A stretch of DNA of 36,734 nucleotides from Parcubacteria group bacterium GW2011_GWF1_45_5 (GTDB lineage Bacteria > Patescibacteriota > Minisyncoccia > UBA6257 > Brennerbacteraceae). The DNA lies in contig LCLB01000007.1 in assembly GCA_001001795.1 (NCBI GenBank), forward strand, positions 1 through 36,734, read 5' to 3'. Position numbers and translations under genes: made by a program. The notes below the pieces were generated by a model. The model did no database searches and was not told where the DNA came from. It was given only the letters and a program-made list of their open reading frames with translations. How positions within the stretch are numbered: position 1 is the stretch's first letter; each line of letters starts with the position of its first letter. Positions 28,746 to 36,734 of the stretch are shown in pieces.

Positions 28746-29261
28746 ATGATTTACGTTATTCTCGACAATATCCGGAGCGCTCTCAATGTGGGAGCGATTT
28801 TTCGTACTGCAGATGCTTTAGGAGTCGGTAAATTATTTTTGTGTGGGACGACGCCCGTTCCGGGTCAATCAGGGAAAGCGGGAAAAGAATTAGCCAAAAC
28901 AGCATTGGGCGCCGAAGGGTATGTTCCATGGGAAAAGGTGAAACAAACCGGAGATGTGATACGGAGGTTAAAACAAGAAGGATTCCGGGTTATTGCCCTG
29001 GAGCAGGATCGTCGGGCGATTAACATTCGAGATTACCGGCTTCGCCATTCTCAAAAATACGCACTCATTGTCGGTTATGAAGTACGCGGTATTGATAAGC
29101 GCATCCTTTCCCGGTGTGATAAAATTATATATATCCCGATGTTCGGTAAAAAAGAGTCATTGAACGTGTCGGTAGCGTTCGGCGTTGCGGGATACCTGCT
29201 AAAATTTAAAAAGCAGACAGCAAAAAGCAAAAATATAAAGCAAAGTTCAAAAATAAAATAG
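28746..29261 (+). CDS. SpoU/TrmH-family RNA 2'-O-methyltransferase
   Basis: NVGAIFRTADALGV, LIVGYEVRGI and IPMFGKKESLNVSVAFGVAGY motifs. It has a Lys-rich tail encoded by an A-rich tract. Confidence 0.85.
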   Translation: MIYVILDNIRSALNVGAIFRTADALGVGKLFLCGTTPVPGQSGKAGKELAKTALGAEGYVPWEKVKQTGDVIRRLKQEGFRVIALEQDRRAINIRDYRLRHSQKYALIVGYEVRGIDKRILSRCDKIIYIPMFGKKESLNVSVAFGVAGYLLKFKKQTAKSKNIKQSSKIK

Positions 29262-29304
29262 TTTTTAATTTTTAATTTTTTATTTTAAATCTTTGAATTA
29301 CCTT

Positions 29305-29778
29305 ATGGATTGTATTTTTTGTAAGATCATTTCCGGAGAAATTCCGAGTGTGAAAATATGGCAGGATAACCGTCATATCGCGATTTTAGATATTAATCCG
29401 AACGTGAAGGGAATGACCCTGGTGATTCCCCGGTTCCATTTTTCTTCCCATATATTCGATATGGATGATGTCGCCTACACTGCACTTTTAAACGCAAGCC
29501 GTAGCGTGGTTTTTCTTTTGCAAAAAGGGCTCCATGTGGATCGCGTGGGTATAGGTATGGACGGTACAGGGGTCAATCATGCACACATAAAATTATTTCC
29601 GTTGCATCGGGAAATGGGCGTAGAGCTCCATGAAAGCGAGGACAGGGTATATTTTGAAAGATTTCCCGGTTATATCACCACCCAACTCGGTCCGATGAAA
29701 ACCGTTACGGAGTTAGAGGAAGTTGCCAATGAGATAGCGAAAAACAACAACACGGAAACTATTATTGATAATCAATAA
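29305..29778 (+). CDS. HIT-family nucleotide hydrolase/transferase
   Basis: CIFCKIISGEIPS at the N-terminus, DINP..KGMTLVIPR and the histidine-triad region GVNHAHIKLFP. The ATG at 29305 is preferred over the TTG at 29293. Confidence 0.85.
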   Translation: MDCIFCKIISGEIPSVKIWQDNRHIAILDINPNVKGMTLVIPRFHFSSHIFDMDDVAYTALLNASRSVVFLLQKGLHVDRVGIGMDGTGVNHAHIKLFPLHREMGVELHESEDRVYFERFPGYITTQLGPMKTVTELEEVANEIAKNNNTETIIDNQ

Positions 29779-29781
29779 CGT

Positions 29782-30840
29782 ATGCAAAAACCACTTCGCA
29801 TCGCGATTAACGGGTTCGGTCGGATTGGAAGGCTTGCGTTTCGCCTGGGATTCGGCGATCAGGACTTTGAGTTCGTTGCCATTAACGATCTTGGTGACGC
29901 CGCTAACCTTGTCTATCTTTTGAAACACGATACCGTCTATCGGAGCTATCAAAAGAACGTTGTTTTGGAAATAGGGAATGAAACAGTGGGCAAGACGACG
30001 AGCACCGCCAAATTAGTGATAGAAGGTAGGCGCATCCTGGTATTTCAGGAAAAAGATCCATTGAATTTGCCGTGGCAGGACCTCGAGGTTGATTTGGTAA
30101 TTGAGTCAACGGGTTTTTTCGAGTCATATGAAAAATCAGAGGCGCATATAAAAGCCGGAGCCAAGCGGGTTTTAATTTCCGCTCCGACCAAGGACGAAGA
30201 TGGACCGAACGGGAAAACGGTTCTCTTAGGAATAAACGAAGATGATTTAAAAACCTGCAGTATTTCTTCAAATGCTTCATGCACTACCAATTCCGCACAT
30301 CCGGTTATCCAGGTGCTTCACGAAAAGATCGGCATTAAAAAAGCGATGCTTTCTACAGTACACGCTTTGACGGCGACACAAAATCTTGTCGATGGGCCGA
30401 CAAAGGGGGTTGATTATCGCCGGGGAAGATCGGGTGCGTACAATATTGCACCATCAACCACAGGCGCAGCTGTGGCAGTCACCCGGGCTATCAAGGATCT
30501 ACAGGGAAAGTTCGATGGTTTGGCGTTTCGGGTACCGGTTGTCGCCGGATCAGTTTCGGATATTACATTTGTCGCCAATCGTCCTACCACAGTCGACGAG
30601 GTGAATGGCTTTTTGATCGAAGCAAGCAAACATCCACGATGGAATAAGATTTTGGCGGTAACCGACGAACAGATAGTTTCTTCCGACATTATCGGTCAGG
30701 AATTCGGAGCAATTGTCGATCTTCCGATGACCAGGGTCGTTGATGGCGATTTGGTGAAGGTTTTGTCGTGGTATGACAATGAAATGGGCTATACGCGTAC
30801 ACTCTTGGAACATGCCCGGAAAATAAAGACGATTCTTTAA
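29782..30840 (+). CDS. gap: glyceraldehyde-3-phosphate dehydrogenase
   Basis: INGFGRIGR, SNASCTTNS (catalytic Cys) and WYDNEMGY. Confidence 0.95.
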   Translation: MQKPLRIAINGFGRIGRLAFRLGFGDQDFEFVAINDLGDAANLVYLLKHDTVYRSYQKNVVLEIGNETVGKTTSTAKLVIEGRRILVFQEKDPLNLPWQDLEVDLVIESTGFFESYEKSEAHIKAGAKRVLISAPTKDEDGPNGKTVLLGINEDDLKTCSISSNASCTTNSAHPVIQVLHEKIGIKKAMLSTVHALTATQNLVDGPTKGVDYRRGRSGAYNIAPSTTGAAVAVTRAIKDLQGKFDGLAFRVPVVAGSVSDITFVANRPTTVDEVNGFLIEASKHPRWNKILAVTDEQIVSSDIIGQEFGAIVDLPMTRVVDGDLVKVLSWYDNEMGYTRTLLEHARKIKTIL

Positions 30841-30841
30841 T

Positions 30842-31288
30842 ATGCTTTTTTTGGCGGCGGATCATCGTGGATTTACGCTTAAGGAAAAGATTAAGACATA
30901 TCTCTTCCTTAAAAAAGTGGTATATGAAGATCTTGGCGCGGTTGAATTGAAGCCCGGGGACGACTACCCCGACTACGCTCGCTTACTGGCAGAAAAAGTC
31001 CTGGGGTATAAAGATAATGTTGGTATAGCGCTATGCGGTTCGGGCGCGGGCATGAACATTGTTCTTAATAAATTCGACGGTATCCGTGCCGGTGTCGGAG
31101 AGAATCCAGATATGATTACGGCGCAGAGACGAGACGACAATATTAATGTGCTCGTCATTCCTACGGATTTTGTGAACGATACCGACGCATATTTAATGGT
31201 CGATCGTTTTTTGCACGAGACATTCAAATCAGATCCGAAGTACCAACGGCGTTTGAATAAGATTAAGGTGATCGAACAAGGGAACTAA
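30842..31288 (+). CDS. rpiB: ribose-5-phosphate isomerase B
   Basis: LAADHRGF..KE.I and ALCGSGAGMNIVLNKFDGIRA are typical of RpiB/LacAB. Confidence 0.9.
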   Translation: MLFLAADHRGFTLKEKIKTYLFLKKVVYEDLGAVELKPGDDYPDYARLLAEKVLGYKDNVGIALCGSGAGMNIVLNKFDGIRAGVGENPDMITAQRRDDNINVLVIPTDFVNDTDAYLMVDRFLHETFKSDPKYQRRLNKIKVIEQGN

Positions 31289-31299
31289 AGTGTGCAGCA

Positions 31300-32004
31300 A
31301 TGTTAGAAATTATACCTTCGGTAAACGAAACAGAATGGGTCTTGGTGAAAAAGCGCATTGAGAGCGTTGCTTTGGCCGCGGATTGGATCGAGCTGGATAT
31401 CAGCGACGGCACATTGGGATCTGTGGTCACCTGGAATGCGCCAGGCGATATGGCAAATTTACACTTTACCCGGCCCGTTCGTTTTGCGGCGCATTTGATG
31501 GTTCGCAATCCCGAAGAATATATAAAACCGTGGATACAAGCCGGAAGCCGGAGAATTATTGTGCAATGGGAGGGGATCGCTCCCAAGGGGATCGGAGCGA
31601 TTTTCCATAGTTCGCTTTCAAAACGAATAGCTGGTTTGGCACAAATTTGCAAGGACAATTGGGTTGAGTTTGGGATTTCCTTAGGTATTCATGTCGAGCC
31701 GAAACAAGCGGATAGTATTTTGAAGTTTTGTGATGTGGTGCAAATCTTGGCCGGAGTTCCGGGGCCGTCAAAGCAAGCATTTCACGAGCCGTCGTTGTAC
31801 CGCATGGTGGCGCTCGTTGGGTTGCGTACGACAAAAAAACTTGGGTTTAGAACCGAGTGGGATATTGGCGTGAATCCGGATACCATCGAGTCAATCAAAA
31901 AATCCGGAGCGGATATTATCGCTTCCACTTCGTTTGTGTTCAATTCCACGGATCCTATACGCGCTTTGGAGTATTTGAAAAACAAAGCCAAAGGATTAGT
32001 ATAA
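31300..32004 (+). CDS. rpe: ribulose-phosphate 3-epimerase-like TIM-barrel protein (divergent)
   Basis: Blocks align by eye with Rpe: IIPSV, ADWIELDISDG, AHLMV, VVQILAGVPGPSKQAF, EWDIGV, GADIIASTSFVF. The gene lies between rpiB and tkt. Confidence 0.6.
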   Translation: MLEIIPSVNETEWVLVKKRIESVALAADWIELDISDGTLGSVVTWNAPGDMANLHFTRPVRFAAHLMVRNPEEYIKPWIQAGSRRIIVQWEGIAPKGIGAIFHSSLSKRIAGLAQICKDNWVEFGISLGIHVEPKQADSILKFCDVVQILAGVPGPSKQAFHEPSLYRMVALVGLRTTKKLGFRTEWDIGVNPDTIESIKKSGADIIASTSFVFNSTDPIRALEYLKNKAKGLV

Positions 32005-32008
32005 ACAT

Positions 32009-32863
32009 ATGAATCCTTTTTTACATTTGACCACGGAACAACTGGAGAAAACAGCGTACGACATTCGTCAGGACGTGATCAAAATGCTTACAGCGGCGGG
32101 ATCCGGGCACAGCGCGGGCGCGTTGGGGATGGCGGATGTATTCACGGCCTTGTATTTTCGCGTGTTGAACCACGATCCGAAGAACCCGGGATGGAACGAA
32201 CGAGATCGGGTGGTGCTTTCGAATGGCCACATTTGCCCGGTGTTGTACGCAACCTTAGCCGCGTGCGGATATTTTGAAAAAGAAGAGCTGTTGACACTTA
32301 GAGTTCTCAACAGCCGGCTTCAGGGGCATCCTCATCGCGAATCCTTGCCCGGGATTGAGACAACATCTGGGCCGCTCGGATCGGGATTATCCCAGGCTGC
32401 GGGTATGGCGCTTGACGCGAAATTGGATAACGAAAAGCACGATATTTTTTGCGTTTTGTCCGACGGGGAACACGACGAGGGCAGCACCTGGGAGGCGGTC
32501 ATGTTCATCTCTAAGTACCGGTTGGCAAACATTACCGCGCTTATCGACCGCAACGGCATCCAGATTGACGGGTTTACCGAAGATGTTATGCCGCTTGAGC
32601 CATTCAAGGAAAAGTACGAAGCTTTCGGCTGGCACGTTATCGAGGTAGACGGACACAATATTACGGCTATTATTGATGCCTGCAACCTGGCGCATTCAAT
32701 CTACGAAAAGCCGGTGGCGATTATCTGCCATACGATTCCGGGCAAGGGGGTTGATTTTATGGAGTTCAATCCTGATTGGCACGGCAAGGTTCCCGGGTCG
32801 AACGAAGCCCAGGAAGCGATTCGCGATTTACGCACCCTTAAGGGGACAATTGAATTTGAGTAG
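32009..32863 (+). CDS. tkt: transketolase, N-terminal (TPP pyrophosphate-binding) subunit
   Basis: GSGHSAGALGMADVFTALYF, SNGHICPVLYA, LQGHP, TSGPLGSGLSQAAGMA and LSDGEHDEGS. Confidence 0.92.
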   Translation: MNPFLHLTTEQLEKTAYDIRQDVIKMLTAAGSGHSAGALGMADVFTALYFRVLNHDPKNPGWNERDRVVLSNGHICPVLYATLAACGYFEKEELLTLRVLNSRLQGHPHRESLPGIETTSGPLGSGLSQAAGMALDAKLDNEKHDIFCVLSDGEHDEGSTWEAVMFISKYRLANITALIDRNGIQIDGFTEDVMPLEPFKEKYEAFGWHVIEVDGHNITAIIDACNLAHSIYEKPVAIICHTIPGKGVDFMEFNPDWHGKVPGSNEAQEAIRDLRTLKGTIEFE

Positions 32864-32864
32864 T

Positions 32865-33854
32865 ATGTTGAACGAAAAGTTACAATTAAACCAGGAAATT
32901 TTCGCAGAAACAACGGAGATGGTTTCGATACGCGATGGGCTTCAGGATGCTCTTTTGGAGTTGGGAGAAAAAAACAAAGACATCGTGGTTTTGACCGCGG
33001 ACCTTCGCGATTCGGTTAATATCGGAGAGTTCGCGAAAAGGTTTCCCGAACGGTTTTTCGAATGCGGTGTCGCGGAACAGAATATGGTAGGAGTAGCATC
33101 CGGCTTAGCCGCTTCAGGAAAGATCCCGTTTATTGCTTCGTACGCTGTTTTCTCTCCCGGGAGGAACTGGGAACAAATACGTACCACGGTGTGTTATAAC
33201 AATGTTCCGGTGAAAATCATCGGTGCCCATGCCGGACTTATGACCGGGCCGGACGGCGCCACGCACCAAGCCCTTGAGGATATCGCCTTAATGCGAACCC
33301 TTCCTAATATGACGGTGTTTACCCCGTGTGATTATAATGAAACCGTTAAAGTTATTGGTGCTATAGCTCAAACTCGCGATCCGGCGTACGTTCGGTTGGT
33401 TCGCCCGAAAACCCCTCGCATAACCACGCAAGCGACACCGTTCGATATCGGTAGAGCATACGTTGTCTGGGAGCACGAATCTCCGGTTACGAGTATTATC
33501 GTATCCGGGCCAATGGTGTATTATGCGCTGTGTGCGGCCCGTAGTCTTGCGAGCGAGAATATTTTTACGGAGGTTTTACATATTCCGACTATAAAACCTT
33601 TGGATGCAAAAACCGTCATTGATCATGGGCACGTCTCCCGTGCGTTTGTGATTTTGGAGGATCATCAGGTAAGTGGCGGGCTCGGGGGAGCGGTTTCCGA
33701 ACTCTGCGCACGCGAATATCCGTTACCCATAGAGTTTGTCGGGGTGCAGGACAGGTTCGGCGAGTCGGGCAAACCGGAAGAACTTTTGGATAAATACGGG
33801 CTTCACACCGAAGATATTGCCGAGGCGGTTAAGCGGGTCATTAAACGTAAGTAA
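32865..33854 (+). CDS. tkt: transketolase, C-terminal (pyrimidine-binding) subunit
   Basis: ATG 1 nt after the upstream TAG. Motifs are RFFECGVAEQNMVGVASGLA, GATHQALEDIALMR and the transketolase C-domain. Confidence 0.92.
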   Translation: MLNEKLQLNQEIFAETTEMVSIRDGLQDALLELGEKNKDIVVLTADLRDSVNIGEFAKRFPERFFECGVAEQNMVGVASGLAASGKIPFIASYAVFSPGRNWEQIRTTVCYNNVPVKIIGAHAGLMTGPDGATHQALEDIALMRTLPNMTVFTPCDYNETVKVIGAIAQTRDPAYVRLVRPKTPRITTQATPFDIGRAYVVWEHESPVTSIIVSGPMVYYALCAARSLASENIFTEVLHIPTIKPLDAKTVIDHGHVSRAFVILEDHQVSGGLGGAVSELCAREYPLPIEFVGVQDRFGESGKPEELLDKYGLHTEDIAEAVKRVIKRK

Positions 33855-33925
33855 TCTTGGGTACGGTTTTGTCACGAAAAGGACGGAACTTCGTTGTATG
33901 CTTTTATATAAGTAAAAACATTTTT

Positions 33926-35212
33926 ATGCGTACAAAAATCTTCGTATTCTTGATGCTTATATCTTTAACATGGGGCAACGTCGGCTTAGCGCTCTCCGTT
34001 GAGCCGATTGCGCCTCCCGGTACCGATTCCTCTCCAGGGACACTTTTGTTCGGTCAAGAACACGCCTATTCGGTCGTGTTCCGTGGTAACGGCGAAGCGA
34101 TTGTGTATGCGCGCATGGTGGTCACCAACGCTAACGACGAAACAATGGACACCTATTCGTTTCAGGTATCTCGCGTCATGCCATACGAGGTTGCCATATA
34201 TCAACAAAAAATTAGTTCTTCGTGCGTGCGGTACGATACCGGAAATAAATGTTTGCAATATCAAATTCCAGATTATACAGGGCGTTACGGACGTCGATCT
34301 TATGCGGAATACAAGAAGGTTGAGTATATCGTAAATAGTAACGTGTACGAGCTGTCGCTTCCGTATCCGGTTGTTTCAGGAGAAACGACCGCTATTGTGG
34401 TGGCCTACGCCGCCAAAGGATATGTAAATAAAAGTTTAGGACTGTATCGTTTTTCGTTCGAGACATTGCGGGTACCTGCACGTATCAGCACCGTGAACGT
34501 TGCGGTTGATGTTGACAGCGATTTGTTTTTGCGCGGCAAAAAAGCCCAGGTGGATTACGATGTTCCGATGACCGATATGTTCATGATGCCATCTGCTTCA
34601 AAAAGTGTTTCTTCGGAAACGTTTGATACCATGGTGGGCAGTATTGGCGCCTACGGTGCTTTGGAAAAGCAGGCAAAAAGCTTAGCGCCTAATGAGACCT
34701 TTATCGTGAATGGTACCTATAGCCAAAGCTGGTTCCGGTTGTATACAGGATCGTTTGTGATAGCCATGGTTGTTATCGCGGGTATTATCGCCCTTGCCTA
34801 CTGGGGGAGCAGATTTATAGCCAAGCGAAAGAAGATTCAGCCCGCGTCTCATCAGGAAGTTGTGACCAGCGGGTCGGCGTCAAATCAATCAAGGCATTTT
34901 AATCCCTTTACGGTACGCCATTTAGTTGCGGGGTTGATCTCAGTGGTATGTGTTGCTTTGCTCACCTACGGAGTGATGCTTTTGGGAAGATTCAACGTAT
35001 TAGGCGGTTCGCGCGAACCGATTATCCAGGTATTTATGGTGATTGCCATCGGTATTGCCTATATTGCCGCAATCAGCGGACCTGCGGCAATTATGCAGGC
35101 AAAGAACGGGATCGGATCCATGTGGTCTGTGTTTGTTGCAGAGTTCTTGTGGCTTGTGCTGTTTGTGATCTTGTACCTTGCGTTATTTCCGCAATACCAG
35201 GTGATATATTGA
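33926..35212 (+). CDS. hypothetical secreted/membrane protein (signal peptide, ~280-aa ectodomain, 4 C-terminal TMs)
   Basis: The ATG at 33926 gives MRTKIFVFLMLISLTWGNVGLA. No domain was recognised. Confidence 0.6.
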   Translation: MRTKIFVFLMLISLTWGNVGLALSVEPIAPPGTDSSPGTLLFGQEHAYSVVFRGNGEAIVYARMVVTNANDETMDTYSFQVSRVMPYEVAIYQQKISSSCVRYDTGNKCLQYQIPDYTGRYGRRSYAEYKKVEYIVNSNVYELSLPYPVVSGETTAIVVAYAAKGYVNKSLGLYRFSFETLRVPARISTVNVAVDVDSDLFLRGKKAQVDYDVPMTDMFMMPSASKSVSSETFDTMVGSIGAYGALEKQAKSLAPNETFIVNGTYSQSWFRLYTGSFVIAMVVIAGIIALAYWGSRFIAKRKKIQPASHQEVVTSGSASNQSRHFNPFTVRHLVAGLISVVCVALLTYGVMLLGRFNVLGGSREPIIQVFMVIAIGIAYIAAISGPAAIMQAKNGIGSMWSVFVAEFLWLVLFVILYLALFPQYQVIY

Positions 35213-35236
35213 GCTACTTAAGAAGTTTGTATTTTC

Positions 35237-35260
35237 AAAACTCCGCGGATGCGGGGTTTT
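35237..35260 (+). terminator. intrinsic terminator AAAACTCCGC-GGAT-GCGGGGTTTT
   Basis: 10-bp stem (one G-U) followed by GAGTTTTT, 25 nt after the stop at 35212. Confidence 0.7.
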
Positions 35261-35287
35261 GAGTTTTTCAAGACGATACGGTAGTAT
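35259..35287 (+). promoter_or_regulatory. promoter TTGAGT-17 nt-TAGTAT upstream of tRNA-Ala
   Basis: -35 at 35259-35264, -10 at 35282-35287. The -10 box ends 8 nt before tRNA position 1. Confidence 0.4.
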
Positions 35288-35295
35288 GGGAGTGT

Positions 35296-35369
35296 GGGCC
35301 TGTAGTATAGTGGTAATACATCGCATTCGCATTGCGAAGACAGGGATTCGATTTCCCTCAGGTCCACCA
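35296..35369 (+). tRNA. tRNA-Ala (anticodon CGC), CCA encoded
   Basis: The cloverleaf was folded by hand. Acceptor GGGCCTG/CAGGTCC with G3:U70, D-arm GTAT/ATAC, anticodon arm TCGCA-TTCGCAT-TGCGA, T-arm AGGGA-TTCGATT-TCCCT, discriminator A, then CCA. Confidence 0.92.
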
Positions 35370-35386
35370 TAATGTATATCTAAACT

Positions 35387-35980
35387 ATGGAAAATGCACC
35401 TTTACTCAGAGACGAGAAACGATTTGTCTTCAACAGAGCTATCAAACTCCTTGTTCTTTTTGACTCCCTTCTTTACCTTTCAAGTTCATTCCTTTCCCCG
35501 ATTTTCGCTATTTTCGTGGAACGGGTCGGTGGCGGAGTCGTGGAAGCCGGGTGGGCGAGCGCGATTTTTTATTTTGTGAGCGGTCTCCTAATCATTGTCT
35601 GGGGCAAGCTCATTGATCAAACTAAAGAAAAAGAGTTGTGGCTGCTGTTCGGATACTTGATTATCGCGAGCGGATATTTTATGTATATTTTTGTTGATTC
35701 GGTCTGGAAGTTGTTCTTGGTTGAAGTTGTTTTGGCTATCGGTACCTCCATCCAAAATCCGTCCTTCAAGACACTCTTTTCGATTCACCTGGATAAGGGC
35801 AGGGAGGGCCAAGAATGGGGAATGTGGGAATCGCTCACCTACTTTACTATGGGTATTGGCGCGGCCGTAGGGGGTATGATTGCTATAGCGTGGGGGTTCC
35901 ATATTTTGCTTGCCATCATGGGAGCGGTGACATTGTGCAACGCGGTGTGTATTTATTTTCTTCCGAGAAAGGTTTTATAA
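35387..35980 (+). CDS. half-size MFS-like membrane protein (6 TM, 197 aa)
   Basis: Six hydrophobic segments. The G.LID.....(E/K) loop after TM2 and the general pattern resemble one MFS half. The family call is an inference. Confidence 0.55.
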   Translation: MENAPLLRDEKRFVFNRAIKLLVLFDSLLYLSSSFLSPIFAIFVERVGGGVVEAGWASAIFYFVSGLLIIVWGKLIDQTKEKELWLLFGYLIIASGYFMYIFVDSVWKLFLVEVVLAIGTSIQNPSFKTLFSIHLDKGREGQEWGMWESLTYFTMGIGAAVGGMIAIAWGFHILLAIMGAVTLCNAVCIYFLPRKVL

Positions 35981-35987
35981 AAATGGT

Positions 35988-36734
35988 ATGAGGAAAAGTA
36001 TTATTTTAACCCTTGCCTTTGTGTCTTTTATGGCTGTTCTCGTAGCGGGCATTCAATTTTTACGCCAAGACGTTCCGGATGACATTGAGGTCAGCGACAT
36101 TATTATCGATTCGCCGATCGCCGGTTATATTATCAGTGAGGCACCGCTTACCATACGGGGCAAAGCTCGCGGGTCGTGGTTTTTTGAAGCACAGTTCAGC
36201 GCAGAATTGACGGATGATAAGGGAGCTGTTTTAGGGCAATCGATTTTGACAACCAAAGGCGATTGGATGACTAACGATTTTGTGCCCTTTGAAGGGAAAT
36301 TATACTTTCAACTTCCCGACGCACAAAACATGACACTTGTCTTCAAGAATGCGAACATGTCAGGACTCCCCGAGCACGACAAGCGATTCGCAGTGCCTTT
36401 GAAGTTCGATTTAGAAAGAACCGCTACGGTAAAGGCGTTTTTCCCGAACAATAAATTCGATCCGGATATATCGTGTATCAAGGCGTATCCGGTTGAGCGT
36501 ACGGTGCCGTATACCAAAGAAGTGGGGAGGGACGCGATTATGGAACTATTGAAGGGGGTTTTACCGGATGAGAAAATCGACGGATATTATACGGCGGTTG
36601 ACGAAGGTGTCAGAGTCAACGAGCTGCGTATTGAAAACGGAACTGCGTTTGTAGATTTTACCAGCATTCCCGACGGGGGATCGTGTCGAGTCGGCGAGAT
36701 ATCGGTACAGATTAACGAAACCCTTAAGCAGTTT
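35988..36734 (+). CDS. Gmad2 Ig-like + GerMN domain lipoprotein/secreted protein (3' end outside window)
   Basis: Not in the ORF track because no stop is reached. My translation is MRKSIILTLAFVSFMAVLVAG...IIIDSPIAGYIISEAPLTIRGKARGSWFFEAQFSAELTDDKGAVLGQ...(Gmad2-like) then VKAFFPNNKFDPDISCIKAYPVERTVP...AIMELLKGVLPDEK.DGYYTAV..GVRVNELRIENGTAFVDF (GerM-like). It is open for 249 codons to the window end. Confidence 0.7.
   Translation, partial: MRKSIILTLAFVSFMAVLVAGIQFLRQDVPDDIEVSDIIIDSPIAGYIISEAPLTIRGKARGSWFFEAQFSAELTDDKGAVLGQSILTTKGDWMTNDFVPFEGKLYFQLPDAQNMTLVFKNANMSGLPEHDKRFAVPLKFDLERTATVKAFFPNNKFDPDISCIKAYPVERTVPYTKEVGRDAIMELLKGVLPDEKIDGYYTAVDEGVRVNELRIENGTAFVDFTSIPDGGSCRVGEISVQINETLKQF

Noticed and set aside
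29262-29300. The T-rich tract GTTTTTAATTTTTAATTTTTTATTTTAAAT after the SpoU gene, considered as an intrinsic terminator paired with the preceding A-rich tract.
   Set aside because: Only short, imperfect A/T-only pairings can be drawn, so there is no stable GC-containing stem. It is more likely plain AT-rich spacer or promoter DNA for the HIT gene.
1-36734. Alternative genetic code (UGA = Gly/Trp, as in Gracilibacteria/SR1 or mycoplasmas).
   Set aside because: Well-conserved genes (glyQS, gap, trmD, tkt, trxB) translate full-length without in-frame TGA, and TGA terminates ORFs at sensible ends (for example 12977-12979 and 25339-25341). The only in-frame stop of interest is a TAA at 3759.
1-36734. 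CRISPR arrays, rRNA genes, transposases/integrases, prophage blocks and classical toxin-antitoxin pairs.
   Set aside because: I found no regularly spaced direct repeats, no rRNA-like sequence and no recognisable recombinase, phage or TA motifs in any of the listed ORFs. Absence is judged by eye only.

Overview
This is a gene-dense 36.7-kb window, almost entirely on the plus strand; only 3 genes are on the minus strand. By inference from gene content it looks like a Candidate Phyla Radiation / Patescibacteria (Parcubacteria-like) chromosome segment. The supporting features are a split transketolase, a minimal glycolysis/pentose-phosphate set, GIY-YIG, sortase, lamin-tail-domain and Ig-like surface proteins, many orphan small genes, mostly SD-less starts and TGnTATAAT promoters. 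The genetic code looks standard: conserved genes have no in-frame TGA, and TGA is used as a stop.

Recognisable housekeeping genes are gpmI-like, recO, GIY-YIG, glyQS, rpsP, a KH-domain protein, trmD, a glutaredoxin, trxB, a SpoU methyltransferase, a HIT protein, gap, rpiB, an rpe-like gene, tkt N and C subunits, and tRNA-Ala(CGC). Between them lie envelope and secreted-protein genes: a PLC/S1-P1-like plus lamin-tail protein, a Cys-rich protein, a CAP-domain protein, a sortase with a putative substrate, a GH-A hydrolase, a flippase-like protein and a polyprenyl-phosphate sugar transferase. There are also several orphan loci.

The items most worth a second look are:
- A nearly identical promoter + 5'UTR cassette sits in front of two unrelated GC-rich membrane-protein genes, with a compensatory base-pair change in a 5'-terminal hairpin.
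- A terminator-bounded four-gene operon (1703-4130) encodes soluble helical orphan proteins. Its last gene seems to be split by an in-frame TAA.
- A sortase lies divergent from a large surface protein whose C-terminal DIDTG + TM + basic-tail sorting signal is only reached after a 1-nt frame change. The ORF track misses this part.
- A DsbA-like protein has its two halves in circularly permuted order, next to a glutaredoxin and a TrxB lacking the HRRxxxR motif.
- A roughly 150-nt multi-hairpin intergenic element lies between the CAP and sortase genes.

No CRISPR array, rRNA, transposase or integrase was seen. All family assignments come from motif recognition by eye; no database search was run.
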